Virus record (IMG/VR): IMGVR_UViG_3300032092_000001
Length of the DNA stretch: 64,000 bases
Strand: one strand, 5' to 3'
Origin: a virus
Lineage: Duplodnaviria > Caudoviricetes
Part shown: positions 1-11,600 of the stretch, piece after piece
How the letters are laid out: every line of letters begins with the position of its first letter
Position numbering within the stretch: the stretch's first letter is position 1
The notes under the pieces: model-generated
Seen by the model: only the letters and a program-made list of their open reading frames with translations
Told to the model about the DNA's origin: nothing
Database searches by the model: none
Program-made: the position numbers and the translations under genes

Positions 1-1865
1 TGAGCTGGTTCTGTCATTTCATATGAACCTGTAATCTTTGCTGAAGACGCCACAGGCATTTGAGCCGTGAATAATGAGTTACAAACTCCATACTTACTAA
101 CATTCTGTTTAAGAATTCCCCAAGGCCATCTTGATGATAACTCATCTTCTTTCAATCCCCACATATCAAATTGGAATACTCCTTGTGACATTGGTGACCC
201 TTCAAAGTGAGCGTATGGTTCATACTTACCATCCATACACAATCTGTTACTTTCAGTGATTGCTGCGAAATAGATTGTTTCAAAAATCTCTTTATTCAAC
301 TTACGAGCCTCTTCAGATGTGAATATGTAGTCCATCAAGTAGAATACATCCGCAAGTCCTTGTGTTCCAATAGCAATTGCTCTTTGTTCCAATCCACCCT
401 TACGTCCCTTTTCAGTTGAGTAGTTATTGATGTTAACAACTTTGTTCAACGCTCTTACAACCTTACGTGTCTCTTCATATAACCCTTGGAAATCAAACTC
501 ACCATCTTTTACATAGTTTTTTAACACCATAGATGAAAGAGTACAGATTGCAGTTGTATTCTCGTCAGTATATTGGTAAATCTCATTACAAAGATTTGAT
601 TGTTTAATTACACCAATATTCTGATGATTTGTCTTTTTGTTAGCATTGTCTTTAGAACAAAGATATGGGACACCCGTTTCAATTTGAGATTCAATAATCT
701 TATTCCAAATTTCTTGAGCCTTAACTTTCTTACCAAGACCTAACTCAACTGCTTTATTGTAATTAGATTCATACTCATCACCATAAGACTCTTGTAATGG
801 TTTGATACCCGCTTTAACAATATCGTTAGGGCAGAACAAATACCAATCGTCATTGTTCTTAACCGCATTCATAAAGTTGTCAGGAATCCAAAGTGCCGTG
901 AACAAATCACGAGCTCTTAATTCCTCAGCACCTGTGTTCTTTTTAATATCCAATAAATCAAAGATATCTTTATGCCAAGGTTCCAAGTAAATTGCCGCAG
1001 AACCAGGTCTACGTCCTTGTTGGTTAAAGAAACGAAGTGACTCGTTAACAATCTTTAAGTATTTCAAAAGACCACCCGCATATCCACCTGATGATGTAAT
1101 ACGACTCTCCTTACTACGAATGTTAGACATTGATAGTCCGATACCCGCAGCATCTGATGAATAGGTTGAGATGTCTCTCATCGTATTTAACAAACCTTCA
1201 CGAGAATCCGAATCATTGTAATGAAGAACACAAGACGCCAATTGTGGAACCTTTGTACCCGCATTAATCATAATTGGAGTTGCCGGTGAAATTCTTTGGG
1301 TTGACAAAGCTTGGTAATATTCCATAGCTTCTTCAAATGTATTGGTCACCCAAAGAGCAACTCTCATATACATATGTTGAGGTCTTTCAACAACCTTACC
1401 ATCAGGTAATTTCAACAAGTACATTTCAGCAAGTGACCTCCAAGCGAAATAGTCAAAGTTATAATCATTATCGTGATTAATAACTTCATCAATCTTGTCA
1501 GGACCATAAGATTCAACAATCTCCATTAGTTCATTACTTACAATACCATCAACGTGTAAGGTGTGCATTGTATTTGAAAAACTTGGGTCTGTTTCTTTAT
1601 GGTAAGATGAAATTGCGACCGATGATGCTAAACGAGAATAGTCGTGATGACTACCTGTAAAAGCCGCGGCAATTTCATAAATCAACTTGTCCAAATCTTT
1701 AGTAGTAATAACCCCTTCAGTTGGAACTGATGTGATTACTTTGATAAAGATTTCGTCAGAATTAACACTCAACCCTTTGGAAGCTCTCTTAATTCTTTGA
1801 TAAATTTTTTGTGGGTTAAAGGACGCATCGTCCCCACCACGTTTTTTAATTCTTAATGACATCAT
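1..1865 (-). CDS. nrdA: Ribonucleotide reductase class Ia alpha subunit with N-terminal ATP cone; 3' end runs off the window
   Basis: Manual translation (not in ORF track) from ATG at 1865/1862: MSLRIKKRGG...KIYQRI (ATP cone), ERPQHMYMRVA, SPATPIMINAG, QLASCV, QQGRRPGSAAIYLEPWH, IKQSNLCNEI, ICTLSS, MPVASSAKITG. Adjacent to nrdB. Confidence 0.97.
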   Translation of the reverse strand, partial: MMSLRIKKRGGDDASFNPQKIYQRIKRASKGLSVNSDEIFIKVITSVPTEGVITTKDLDKLIYEIAAAFTGSHHDYSRLASSVAISSYHKETDPSFSNTMHTLHVDGIVSNELMEIVESYGPDKIDEVINHDNDYNFDYFAWRSLAEMYLLKLPDGKVVERPQHMYMRVALWVTNTFEEAMEYYQALSTQRISPATPIMINAGTKVPQLASCVLHYNDSDSREGLLNTMRDISTYSSDAAGIGLSMSNIRSKESRITSSGGYAGGLLKYLKIVNESLRFFNQQGRRPGSAAIYLEPWHKDIFDLLDIKKNTGAEELRARDLFTALWIPDNFMNAVKNNDDWYLFCPNDIVKAGIKPLQESYGDEYESNYNKAVELGLGKKVKAQEIWNKIIESQIETGVPYLCSKDNANKKTNHQNIGVIKQSNLCNEIYQYTDENTTAICTLSSMVLKNYVKDGEFDFQGLYEETRKVVRALNKVVNINNYSTEKGRKGGLEQRAIAIGTQGLADVFYLMDYIFTSEEARKLNKEIFETIYFAAITESNRLCMDGKYEPYAHFEGSPMSQGVFQFDMWGLKEDELSSRWPWGILKQNVSKYGVCNSLFTAQMPVASSAKITGSYEMTEPA

Positions 1866-1884
1866 AGTTTAAAAAGATAGTAAA

Positions 1885-2832
1885 TTAAAAGTCATCAGTA
1901 AAGGAGAGAGTCTCATTTAACTTAGCTTTTTGATATTCAACTGTACGTGACTCAAAGAAATTACCTTTTGTCTCAACGGCAATTTGTTCCATGAATTTGA
2001 ATGGTTGTTCTACATTAAATTGTTTTTTACAACCAAACTTAACCAATAATCCATCAACCACAAACTCAAGATATTGTTTCATAAGATTTGAGTTCATTCC
2101 AATAAGAGAAACAGGTAGTGATTCTGTGATAAATTCTTTTTCAATCTCAAGTGCTGACAATAAAATCTCTTTAATTCTCTTCTCACTTGGTTTGTCTTCA
2201 ACGTGATTATTCAACAAATGAATTGCGAAATCACAATGTAAGTTTTCATCTTTAAAGATTAAAGAATTAGCATTACACAAACCTTGCATAATACCACGAG
2301 ACTTTAACCAAAAGATTGAACAAAATGACCCTGAAAAGAAAATACCTTCAACTGCTGCAAATGCTACTAATCTTTCTTGGAAAGACGCATTCTCAATCCA
2401 ATCCAAAGCCCATTTAGCCTTCTTTTGAACTGCTGGAAGATTATCTAATGCTGTGAAACACTTTTGTTTTTCTTCCTCGTTTGACACGTATGTATCAATC
2501 AATAATGAATACATTAAACTATGAATGTTTTCCATAGCAAGTTGCATCCCGTAGAAAAATTTAGCCTCAGGGTATTGAACTTCACGATAGAAGTTCTCCG
2601 CTAAATTCTCATTTACGATACCATCAGAAGCCGCAAAAAATGATAAAATATTTTTAATAAAATATTGTTCATTCTCTGATAAATTCTCCCAATCTCTAAT
2701 GTCTCCACTTAAATCAATTTCTTCTGCGGTCCAAAATGCCGCTTGATGCATTTTATAATATTCCCATATATCATTATACTGAATAGGGAATATCACAAAT
2801 CTGTTAGGGTTTTCTACTAATATTTTTTCCAT
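1885..2832 (-). CDS. nrdB: Ribonucleotide reductase class Ia beta subunit
   Basis: [31 protein letters not shown] (radical Tyr), [24 protein letters not shown] motifs. Confidence 0.97.
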   Translation of the reverse strand: MEKILVENPNRFVIFPIQYNDIWEYYKMHQAAFWTAEEIDLSGDIRDWENLSENEQYFIKNILSFFAASDGIVNENLAENFYREVQYPEAKFFYGMQLAMENIHSLMYSLLIDTYVSNEEEKQKCFTALDNLPAVQKKAKWALDWIENASFQERLVAFAAVEGIFFSGSFCSIFWLKSRGIMQGLCNANSLIFKDENLHCDFAIHLLNNHVEDKPSEKRIKEILLSALEIEKEFITESLPVSLIGMNSNLMKQYLEFVVDGLLVKFGCKKQFNVEQPFKFMEQIAVETKGNFFESRTVEYQKAKLNETLSFTDDF

Positions 2833-2859
2833 GTTTTTTTGTTTGTTATATTTTAATAA

Positions 2860-4230
2860 TTATGCCTGTTGTTGTTTTCTTTTCTCCATAATTTCTTTAA
2901 TTCTATTCTTATTTCTTTCTTCTTTTTGTTCTTCAAGACCTAAGAATGTTGTGGTACTTTCTGTATCAATTTCTAACATTTCATTGTTAAATTTACAGTT
3001 TTCAAAAACAACCCCATCTTTACCAATACGAGATTTTGTAATTGCAATTGTTGCGAGATTCAACTCTTTTTGTTGTAGTGATTTAGCTACGGTGATAATC
3101 ACGTGACCTACCTGAGCTTTCTTAATAGAACCACCCATTTGGTCTGTAGTCACTACATCAGATGAGATTGAACTTCTATTACCTTGTGTTGCCGTCCAAC
3201 CAACAATATCTAATTCATGACACATCGCCTCAAAAGCTCTCATAACTGAACCCTCAGATTTCCATTCGTCCTCTAACGCCTTTTCAGGTGTTACACAGTC
3301 AATATAATCCAAAATAATCATATCAATTCTTGTACCGTCAGCAATCATTTTACGAATTTGATTTTTAATCTGACCCATTGTCAATGTATCCGATGGTAAC
3401 TTTTTGAGAATTAATTTATTTGACATTGTCTCCTTAATTTCGTCAATCTTTTTAAACACCACATCTTTGTGATTACTTAAATCATCAGGAGCAATACCTG
3501 TCCAACATGTGAAATGTTTTCTTTGGATAACTTTTTTGTTGTCTTCAAAAAATACTTGTAACACATTAAATCCAAGGTTAAATGCATGATTCGCAATTTT
3601 GGTAGTTAGAGTTGATTTACCAACTCCTGTCGGAGCAAGTATTACCCCAATCTCACCCTTCGCCAATCCACCTTTAAGTAAGTTGTCAATACCAGGTATC
3701 CCCATAGGTATTGGATGTCTGTAATCTTCCGCTAATACATCGTCTAAGTTTTCAAACACTTCACCAGTCCCTCTATCAACATTACCAACTTGTAATGCTT
3801 CACGAACCATCTCTTCTAATGTGTCATAATTCTCAAATTCTCCGTGGTCAATGATTTTTTTAGCCTTATCCATCACCTTCTGTAACTCTTGTTGTTTACA
3901 GAATTTTAAAGCCTTTTCTTGAACGAATTGTGAACCGCTATCATCAACATTTTTAATCTCAGAAATTGTATCAAGAGTTATCTTTAACAATAACTCTTGA
4001 GCAATTTCACTTTTAGCAACTTGGTTTAAAGTATCAAAACTTGGCGAATGCTCAAACTTTAGATAATACTCTTTAACCATTTGAACAATAAGTTTAAAGT
4101 ATTTGTTTTCAAAATAGGACGGTTCTAAAACCTCAACGATGGAATGAGCAAAATCTTTGTCAACTATAATTTGATTCAATAATTGTAACTGAAATTCGTT
4201 ACCTAAGTATTCAAAATTTTTGTCCGCCAT
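2860..4230 (-). CDS. Replicative DNA helicase, DnaB/T4 gp41-like (SF4)
   Basis: Walker A ILAPTGVGKS, Walker B ILDYID, TATQGNR, KSRIG arginine finger. Confidence 0.93.
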   Translation of the reverse strand: MADKNFEYLGNEFQLQLLNQIIVDKDFAHSIVEVLEPSYFENKYFKLIVQMVKEYYLKFEHSPSFDTLNQVAKSEIAQELLLKITLDTISEIKNVDDSGSQFVQEKALKFCKQQELQKVMDKAKKIIDHGEFENYDTLEEMVREALQVGNVDRGTGEVFENLDDVLAEDYRHPIPMGIPGIDNLLKGGLAKGEIGVILAPTGVGKSTLTTKIANHAFNLGFNVLQVFFEDNKKVIQRKHFTCWTGIAPDDLSNHKDVVFKKIDEIKETMSNKLILKKLPSDTLTMGQIKNQIRKMIADGTRIDMIILDYIDCVTPEKALEDEWKSEGSVMRAFEAMCHELDIVGWTATQGNRSSISSDVVTTDQMGGSIKKAQVGHVIITVAKSLQQKELNLATIAITKSRIGKDGVVFENCKFNNEMLEIDTESTTTFLGLEEQKEERNKNRIKEIMEKRKQQQA

Positions 4231-4254
4231 AATTCCTTTTTTTAATTAAATATC

Positions 4255-4707
4255 TTAAACTAGTGAGTAACCCATATAAAACTGTGTTAACTTTTTTGAA
4301 GATAACACCTCAGTCAAACCAAACAAAATGTTCTTTAAATATGGACGTACATCAACGGTATATCTAACTTTTGGTGGGTATAATTTAGCGTCAAAAGTGT
4401 AATGACACAATAGGTTCTCCCCATTTCTAACAAAGATATTAAACGTTTCAGGACCATCAGTGAATGATGTATTTAAAATATCCGGGTCTTCAGTGATTTG
4501 GTATTGATTGTCCAACATATACCCCAAAGTTTTCATTTTGAAGTCTTGTTTTAAATCATCTACAAACCCCATCATTAGGTCTGTCATTTCAACAGAACGG
4601 TGAGCCTTTGGGTTATACCCTTTCACGTTGAAAAATCTTTGAACAATAAAATTGTTGTTCACTGTCATCAGAAACTCAAGTTTCGTAATGTCTTGTTGTT
4701 CTCTCAT
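4255..4707 (-). CDS. Hypothetical protein in replication operon
   Basis: 150-aa ORF tightly packed between helicase and exonuclease; no motif recognised. Confidence 0.8.
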   Translation of the reverse strand: MREQQDITKLEFLMTVNNNFIVQRFFNVKGYNPKAHRSVEMTDLMMGFVDDLKQDFKMKTLGYMLDNQYQITEDPDILNTSFTDGPETFNIFVRNGENLLCHYTFDAKLYPPKVRYTVDVRPYLKNILFGLTEVLSSKKLTQFYMGYSLV

Positions 4708-4715
4708 AATTTAAT

Positions 4716-5717
4716 TTACTTTTTGTTTTTGTTTTTTTCTTTTCTTGTTAATTTCATAAATGGTTTTAAAAAATACGTCCATGAATCATCCCCTTTTGGT
4801 AGGTACTTAAAAAGTCCATCGTCAACCATGTAACGAATTACATTCTTATAACTTCTACCCTCTTGTTCTAATGTTTCATTGACGATTTGGGATATTTCTT
4901 CTTTGTCCTCGTCTTTCAATAGTGGATTAGATAAATCCACAATTTGTTCGTTTACTACATAATATTCGTTTTCAAAAATACCTGACTTTGTTTTTCCTGT
5001 TAGTAAATTCTTTAGAGTCTGATTGTCTTTTTGCTCTTTCAAAAGTTCTTCAGCTCTTGTTAAAATATCGGTATAAGATATCGGTTTTTCAAGTATCTCA
5101 GGAAAAAATTTAACCAATGTCTTTTCTCCCAAAAGATAAATCCCATCAATGTTATCACTCTTATCACCAGTCATAATCTTTAATGTTTTAACATTATAGT
5201 GTGGGAAGGAAAAGTTATCAAATTTAATATTATCACCATTTCTAAATGTCTCTCTTAAAGATGGCGAATATACGGATACTTTTTCAGAAATCAGTTGTGT
5301 TAAATCTCTATCTGATGAAAAAATTAATTTTTCTTCGTTTTCAGATACTTGACAGTAGTAAGCAATTAAATCATCGGCTTCTCGTCCTGAGATTTCAATT
5401 TGTCTTACATAGATTTCCTCAAGATATTGTTTGATACGATTTTTTTGATTTAGGTAGGACATGAAGATTGCGTCCTCCATAACTAACTTTCGGTTTTGTT
5501 TATATTTGGGGTAAAGAACTCCACGAATACTTGTGGAGTCCTCACCATCCCAAAATACAACTACCTTATCTAAATTTTGTTCATCAATAAACTTTCGTAA
5601 AGTATTAATGAAGTGATAAATTGCTCCGATATGCTCTCCGTTGTGAAAGTAATCTTTCACCCCGTGAAACCCAATCTTCATCAAATTATTTCCGTCTACA
5701 AGGAGAGTTTTCTTCAC
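4716..5717 (-). CDS. 5'-3' exonuclease / flap endonuclease (T4 RNase H / PolA N-terminal-like)
   Basis: LLVDGNNL, EADDLIA, SSDRDLTQL, GDKSDNIDGI, GEKT helix-hairpin; GTG start. Confidence 0.93.
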   Translation of the reverse strand: MKKTLLVDGNNLMKIGFHGVKDYFHNGEHIGAIYHFINTLRKFIDEQNLDKVVVFWDGEDSTSIRGVLYPKYKQNRKLVMEDAIFMSYLNQKNRIKQYLEEIYVRQIEISGREADDLIAYYCQVSENEEKLIFSSDRDLTQLISEKVSVYSPSLRETFRNGDNIKFDNFSFPHYNVKTLKIMTGDKSDNIDGIYLLGEKTLVKFFPEILEKPISYTDILTRAEELLKEQKDNQTLKNLLTGKTKSGIFENEYYVVNEQIVDLSNPLLKDEDKEEISQIVNETLEQEGRSYKNVIRYMVDDGLFKYLPKGDDSWTYFLKPFMKLTRKEKNKNKK

Positions 5718-5727
5718 AAACTATTAA

Positions 5728-6726
5728 TTAAAATGGTTCGTTTTCGTTTGCAAAAGTTTCTTCAGTTTCATCAAGAGTAATCTCTCCTGTCCCTGAAAGA
5801 ATAGCGTTCCAATACTGAGAATACTCTTTTTTGTATTTTTCAAGAGCGTCTTTATCGTCAGCAATGTAACCTTGTGGGGTTGCGATAATCTTACCGTCTT
5901 TATACCCTAATCCGTTAATATGGTTCTTTAAAACTGATATCTTTGTTCTGATAGCATAAGATACCGTTCTACCATTTTTAGTTGCCGTAATGTGATTAAT
6001 ACCAGCATTTTTCTGATTGCCAAACAAGAATACAAGAGCTGATGCTAACCAAAGAGCTTCACCACCTTTCGCCTTAATTGTTGGTTGTCCGAATGGATTG
6101 TCAGGTAATTCAACCCAAGGTTGATTAACTACCACCATTGTGTTTGTATATGGATAATCTTCCTTACGTGATTTGGTAATACGAGCTTGGATACCCATAC
6201 CAATCTTATCCGCCAATACAGATGCGTTATGTTGTTTACCACCTTTACCGTCAAATGTCATCTTACAAGGAACTGAACCAACTGAATCCCAAAGGAAGCA
6301 AAGAGAATAAGGAATGTTACCTTTTTCTTGTTCGTCTAATAGTTCGTTGATGTAATCTGTAACTTGTTCAATGTAGTCAAAGTTATCGTTGAAGATAAAT
6401 TGTCCGTCCCATTCACCTTCATTCATTTCAGCCTTAAGACCAAGTTCTACTGCGTGGTCCCAGCTCCATTTTTTCTCGGTGATAATGAAAACAGGCAAAT
6501 GCCCCTTCTGCTGAGCAGACACAGCGGCTTTGACAAGCGCGGTCGTTTTTGAAGAGTTCGAATGACCGAGGAACATGTTGATGTTACCCAAAGCAGGACC
6601 AGGTAAACCGCAACTATTATGGAAAGCTTCACCGACTTCATAAAAGTCTGTTTCTTTATATTTTGTTTTTGTGGAGTATTTGTTCTTGATTGCATCAAGT
6701 GAGAATTCTTTTTTCTTTATCGCCAT
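5728..6726 (-). CDS. RecA/UvsX-like recombinase with atypical P-loop
   Basis: GHSNSSKTT at Walker A position, FIITEKK, WDSVGSV Walker B, VVVNQPW, KGGEALW; next to gp32-like SSB as in T4-like phages. Confidence 0.85.
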   Translation of the reverse strand: MAIKKKEFSLDAIKNKYSTKTKYKETDFYEVGEAFHNSCGLPGPALGNINMFLGHSNSSKTTALVKAAVSAQQKGHLPVFIITEKKWSWDHAVELGLKAEMNEGEWDGQFIFNDNFDYIEQVTDYINELLDEQEKGNIPYSLCFLWDSVGSVPCKMTFDGKGGKQHNASVLADKIGMGIQARITKSRKEDYPYTNTMVVVNQPWVELPDNPFGQPTIKAKGGEALWLASALVFLFGNQKNAGINHITATKNGRTVSYAIRTKISVLKNHINGLGYKDGKIIATPQGYIADDKDALEKYKKEYSQYWNAILSGTGEITLDETEETFANENEPF

Positions 6727-6769
6727 AAATGTCTATGCGTTTAAATTGTTTGTATTGAAATAAAATAGT

Positions 6770-6808
6770 AAAAGATGGACACTTTGTCTATATCAGTGCC
6801 CATCTTTT
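6770..6808 (-). terminator. Stem-loop / probable intrinsic terminator after SSB gene
   Basis: Minus strand AAAAGATGGGCACT-gatatagacaa-AGTGTCCATCTTTT followed by actatttt. Confidence 0.6.
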
Positions 6809-6814
6809 TATAAA

Positions 6815-7657
6815 TTAGAATGGTAAATCACCATCAGGTTCGTCACCTGCCTGTGGGTCAACATATGATGCTCCACCGATAGTACTTTCTTCAGATGAAC
6901 TATCACCATAAACATATTTACCTAAATCTGATGACCATCTTGGAGTCTCCCCACGAGCAATTGCTTCCAAATACTCAACAGGTTTTTTAGAGTAAACGTC
7001 TGCCCAAGTAAGTGGGTCTTCAGTCCAAGCTTTAGCTGTTTCAGATTCTGTGTGAACAGGTGATGGGTCGTCATGCATTACAGTCTGAATAACTGTGTAA
7101 GTAGCACCTTTAGGAGTTTTTGCTTTAGCCAACTCAATGATTAAATCACGTCCGTTAACAGGGTCAGTGATATCACCTTTAGCTTTCCAAATTGGAATGA
7201 TTTTGTCTAAGATACCTTCGTTTTTGTAGTTATGTTTGAATCTCCAAAACTTAACTCCATCCGCTTCGTTATCTCGGTCAATAACCTTAACGATGTAAAA
7301 CTTACGAGGTTTGTATGCCTTAGCAAGTTCCTTATCAGATTCTTTACCCGTAGACATCAATTCGTCATGAATCTCGGTAAGAGGTGAACGCTCATTGTCG
7401 TTTTTACCTGGGTCATAGATTTTATTCCATTTACCCTCAACTTGAACCTCATGATACCACACCTCTTTAAAAGGAGATGAACCGTCAGGAGTTGGTAAAA
7501 TACGAAGACGTTTTTGTCCCGATGTTTCATTTTGCGTTAGAATTGCCGCAAAATACTTTTTCATTCTGTCTTCTTGAGACATCTTGTTAGCTCCGTTTGA
7601 GCCACCTTTCGCTTTTTCATACTGAGCGAGAACAGCATCTAGTGAATTTGTCGCCAT
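6815..7657 (-). CDS. Single-stranded DNA-binding protein, T4 gp32-like
   Basis: RLRILP...PFKEVWYH, PRKFYIVKVIDRD, GVKFWRF, GDITDPVNGRDL, acidic tail ending DGDLPF. Confidence 0.88.
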   Translation of the reverse strand: MATNSLDAVLAQYEKAKGGSNGANKMSQEDRMKKYFAAILTQNETSGQKRLRILPTPDGSSPFKEVWYHEVQVEGKWNKIYDPGKNDNERSPLTEIHDELMSTGKESDKELAKAYKPRKFYIVKVIDRDNEADGVKFWRFKHNYKNEGILDKIIPIWKAKGDITDPVNGRDLIIELAKAKTPKGATYTVIQTVMHDDPSPVHTESETAKAWTEDPLTWADVYSKKPVEYLEAIARGETPRWSSDLGKYVYGDSSSEESTIGGASYVDPQAGDEPDGDLPF

Positions 7658-7684
7658 GATATATAAATTAATAGTTAATAAACA

Positions 7685-7713
7685 AGTATAAGTGTGTCAG
7701 CCGTAAATGTCAA
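7685..7713 (-). promoter_or_regulatory. Sigma70-type promoter driving SSB/recombination/replication operon
   Basis: Minus strand TTGACA-17 nt-TATACT, 27 nt upstream of the SSB ATG. Confidence 0.85.
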
Positions 7714-7722
7714 ATAGTACTT

Positions 7723-8385
7723 TTAGAACTTCAGTGGTTTGAAAGCGTTGTCGCTATTCATAGTGTAGTCATTAAAAGTGTTTTTGATTTCAGATGGTGA
7801 ATAATCTTCAACATCGTCAGTCGTTAAAACATATTCATTTTTTCCAGTCTTTTCAATATCTTCAGACTTATCCGTAAAGAAATCAGTCAATTTTTGATTA
7901 AATGGACCTGAATCTAAACTTCTAAGTTCAAGTTTTTCTTGTGGTGTCTTCTCTCTATATTTTTCAATCTTAGCTTCAATACTATTCAATTTTTCAAAAA
8001 CTGAATTCATTTCACCTAATTTACTTTCTAATGATGAAAGTTGTGTGAATAAATTATTAAAGTATTCTTCTTGCTTTGATTCAATATTTTTCTGAGATGT
8101 TACTAAATCAGTAATATCTAATTCTTCACTACCACTTTCTTCTGTTCCCTCATCCCCAATCTTTTCAACTTCAGCATCCGCTTCAACATCAATAACTTCA
8201 GGTTCAGTCGCAGCTGGTTCGGTTGTAGGTGCGGGTGTTTCCGCCGCAGCATCCGCAGGTGGTGGAGGTGGTGGGGTATCACCAGTGTCAGGTGCTGGCA
8301 ATTCAGTTGCCTCTTGTTCTAAGATATATTTGTTAATTTTATTATATCTTGTGATTTCTTCAATAATTCTTTCTGAAATTGCCAT
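7723..8385 (-). CDS. Hypothetical acidic/Pro-rich coiled-coil protein, possibly virion-internal or scaffold-like
   Basis: 220 aa; low-complexity acidic PA/E-rich middle, then heptad-like segment LFTQLSSLESKLGEMNSVFEKLNSIEAKIE. Confidence 0.75.
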   Translation of the reverse strand: MAISERIIEEITRYNKINKYILEQEATELPAPDTGDTPPPPPPADAAAETPAPTTEPAATEPEVIDVEADAEVEKIGDEGTEESGSEELDITDLVTSQKNIESKQEEYFNNLFTQLSSLESKLGEMNSVFEKLNSIEAKIEKYREKTPQEKLELRSLDSGPFNQKLTDFFTDKSEDIEKTGKNEYVLTTDDVEDYSPSEIKNTFNDYTMNSDNAFKPLKF

Positions 8386-8390
8386 TTTAA

Positions 8391-8615
8391 TTACCCGTTT
8401 AAAAGTTGCTTGAAACCGTTTTTAGTTTCAACATTTATTTTTTTATTTGAGAACATAGTATTATCTACTCTTTCAATTAGTCCGTCTTTCATTCTTACAG
8501 TGTAACAATCACCTGTATCTAAATCACAAACTTCTTTGAAACCGTTTCCTTTATCAGTTTCAGTTATTCTGGTATTTTTACCCAAATATCTATCTAATAA
8601 ATCTTTTGTTGTCAT
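8391..8615 (-). CDS. Hypothetical small protein
   Basis: 74 aa with CDLDTGDC; preceded by the TATTTATA element. Confidence 0.75.
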   Translation of the reverse strand: MTTKDLLDRYLGKNTRITETDKGNGFKEVCDLDTGDCYTVRMKDGLIERVDNTMFSNKKINVETKNGFKQLLNG

Positions 8616-8641
8616 AATTTCTTTTATTATAAATATATTAA

Positions 8642-11600
8642 TTAATGAAAAAGGTTATAATTCTTTCTTACAATACTTCTAAGGTACTCAACATCGTCAG
8701 GATATGTCGCTAAAAACTTATCATAAACATCACTATCTTTGACAAATTTATCATACGGGAAATACTTAATGTATGCTTCAACAAATTTATTAGCTAAACT
8801 CTGAGCATCTCCAAAATTATCTCCAATAACTTGTAAGAACGAATTTACGTATTTTGAATCAGAAAACTTTATTGAGTCTTCTAAATTTTTAAAAATAGCA
8901 ATTGGTACCTGTTCGTTTTTCTTATTTACCACACACAAATATCCGTTAAATAAGTAATCCTTTAGGTTACCTCCAAACTTAGTCGGAACGTCTAAACTAA
9001 CCTCCGCATAGTTAAACCATATTCCTTTGAACGAATTTCCGTTCCAAGAACCAATTGCAAATAAGTTGTAAATAATTTCTTGTTTTAATTTTGAAATGTT
9101 TAACTGTGTCATTCCACTTATTATTTCCTCTTTCGTACTAACAGTTTCGTTAGGATTTATCAATGGGAATTTAGAGTAAGCTGTTGGTGTTGGTTTACAA
9201 GTTTGTATGGATGATACAGGTTTGTTACCGGCAACATTAACCGCAGTTGATGCGTTATTTGTTATAGTATTTGTGTTTGGTAACGTTTGTAATGATTGTT
9301 CCTGACTTGTCTGAGATTTTATATTACTAATAATTTGTTTGTTAATTGATTGTAAAACATTATCAATTGTTGGGAATGTCGTAGTTTTAACTCTTACCCC
9401 TGAAAAAGTTGTCTTAAATGAATCAGGTGTCACCACATGGCTAACTTCTTGTATTTGGTAGGTACCTGCAAATAATGGTACCCCTCTTAATGCAAAAAAC
9501 ATAGTAGGTTGTATCATAGCATTACCCATACAACTTATAGTTGACGAATAACTTCTTTGTTTATATAAATTATATAAACTAACACTTTGGGTTGTTGTTG
9601 ATGTTCCATTCGCCAAATTTGCCATGTCATATTCAGCCTTTAATGACTCAGATGTTGGTTGTCCGATATCTTGACCCACCTGTATACCTTCAAATACACT
9701 TTGATTTTGTAAACCAAAATCAATTGCAAATCCACAGACTTTATTTGATAACGCCTTTTCAGTTTCTGTTTTCTTACCGTCATCAACCAATAAAGTATTA
9801 TTACCAGGTCTATCTAAATAAATTCCGTCGTCATTATATCCATAATTTGTGTCTTGAACGTCTAAATGTGTTGACGGTTCGTCCGAATACTGAAACAGAT
9901 ATTTGGTTCTTGAGTCTTGGTAATCAACTGTAGTGTAAGTCCCAAATAATGAATTGGCGAACTCATCAGGGTTATATGGTCTAGGTGTTGTACCAACTCT
10001 TTGTATATTATAAAAGTTAATATACGAAGGCATCATAAATGGTACGAAGTTAGCATTTCGCGCAATACTTTCAATTATTGTATATAGATTAGCTTCAGGT
10101 GAAGCATTTTTTAAATAATCTTTTATACCAAAAACATCTACATATATATCATTACCAACATCTCTATTCGCTCTGTCTAAAAATAAAAAGTCTTCAAACA
10201 ATAATTTATCATTATAATCATTACCAGCAACCCATTTATCATTTAACGCTTTAAACATGTCATAGTATTCAAATTTACTTTGCATACCTTCTGTAACATC
10301 TCGTTTTGATTTGTAGTTACCACCCTCACTATATGAAGGTAATTCTTTTTTCAATTTTAAATCTATTTTTTGAATTAGGTTATTTGCTAATATATCTTTA
10401 GATTCAAGATTGTTTGATATTATTGTTCTAAAAGATGTTGGTGTTTCTCCTTTATATTTTTGAGTCGCATAAATTTTAATTATACCACTAAATCTCTTAA
10501 TATTTTCTTCAGTAAATCCTATATTAAAATCAGGGAAAAAATCAGTTATATATGAACCACTATCACTATATTTAAACCCGTTAATATTTGAAAATCCTAC
10601 ATACAGTTCTAAAGCTTCCCAAGCTTTATTTTCATTTTCTTGTGATGTTTCTAATGTTATAGTATTTGCTGAAGTCGGAACAGAATTATTAATATAAGTT
10701 TCAATATTATCGTTTGAATATTTTAAAGGTGTGTTTGAAAAAATTGAGAAGTCCTTGTAACTAAAGTTCTCGGTATTCCCCTTTTTAATTATTAAATCAT
10801 AATTAATATTTGACGATATTGTGTTGACAAAGTTTTTAAGTTGGTCCGTTTGGATTTGAGCAATTTGTTTACCTGAGTCGGTTAAAGTGTCAGCATTAAA
10901 ATTTAAATCAACTGACAATGCATTAATCATTATCTTTTGGAAAGTTATCTCATCGGTAGTTTTTTTAGACGATTGACTAAATACATTAAAATATCCTTCA
11001 AAAATATCCAATTCCTCTTTGGTAAATACTGTAAAAATTTCTTCAATTGAACTGTAACTATCCGTTCCTCCGCTAGCCAATAAGTCAAATGGGTTTTGAT
11101 AGACCTCATCATCTTTAACTTTCTTCAAATACTCATTTGGTTGGTTAATCTTATATGATTTGGTATCAAAATATCCATAGTTTGGTGCACCCCATAATAA
11201 CCTAACAGACCCATTAAAAATTGCAGGGTTGTTAACAAAATCAAATTGAGACCTAACTGTAGATGGGGTTCCAGGAATTAAACTTTCATTAACTATTTGA
11301 GACACAACAGTTCCATAAGATGGGACAGGTGTGTAATATTTTTTAAGTGGAGTACTTTTAATCTCATTTTCAATTAAAATGGACCATCCTTTAAAATCAA
11401 CTATCCCCTCATTAACCGAGTCATTAGCAACCAAATTTGAAGAATTAGTGTTTTTAAATATAAGTTTACCAAACGAAACTTTTGTATTTATATTGTCTTC
11501 AATTGTTGAGTTATCTTGATAGATGTTTGAACCGTTGATAAAATAATTAAAGTCGTTGATTAGTTTCGGATAGAATCCTACATTTTGAGTCACTGCGGTC

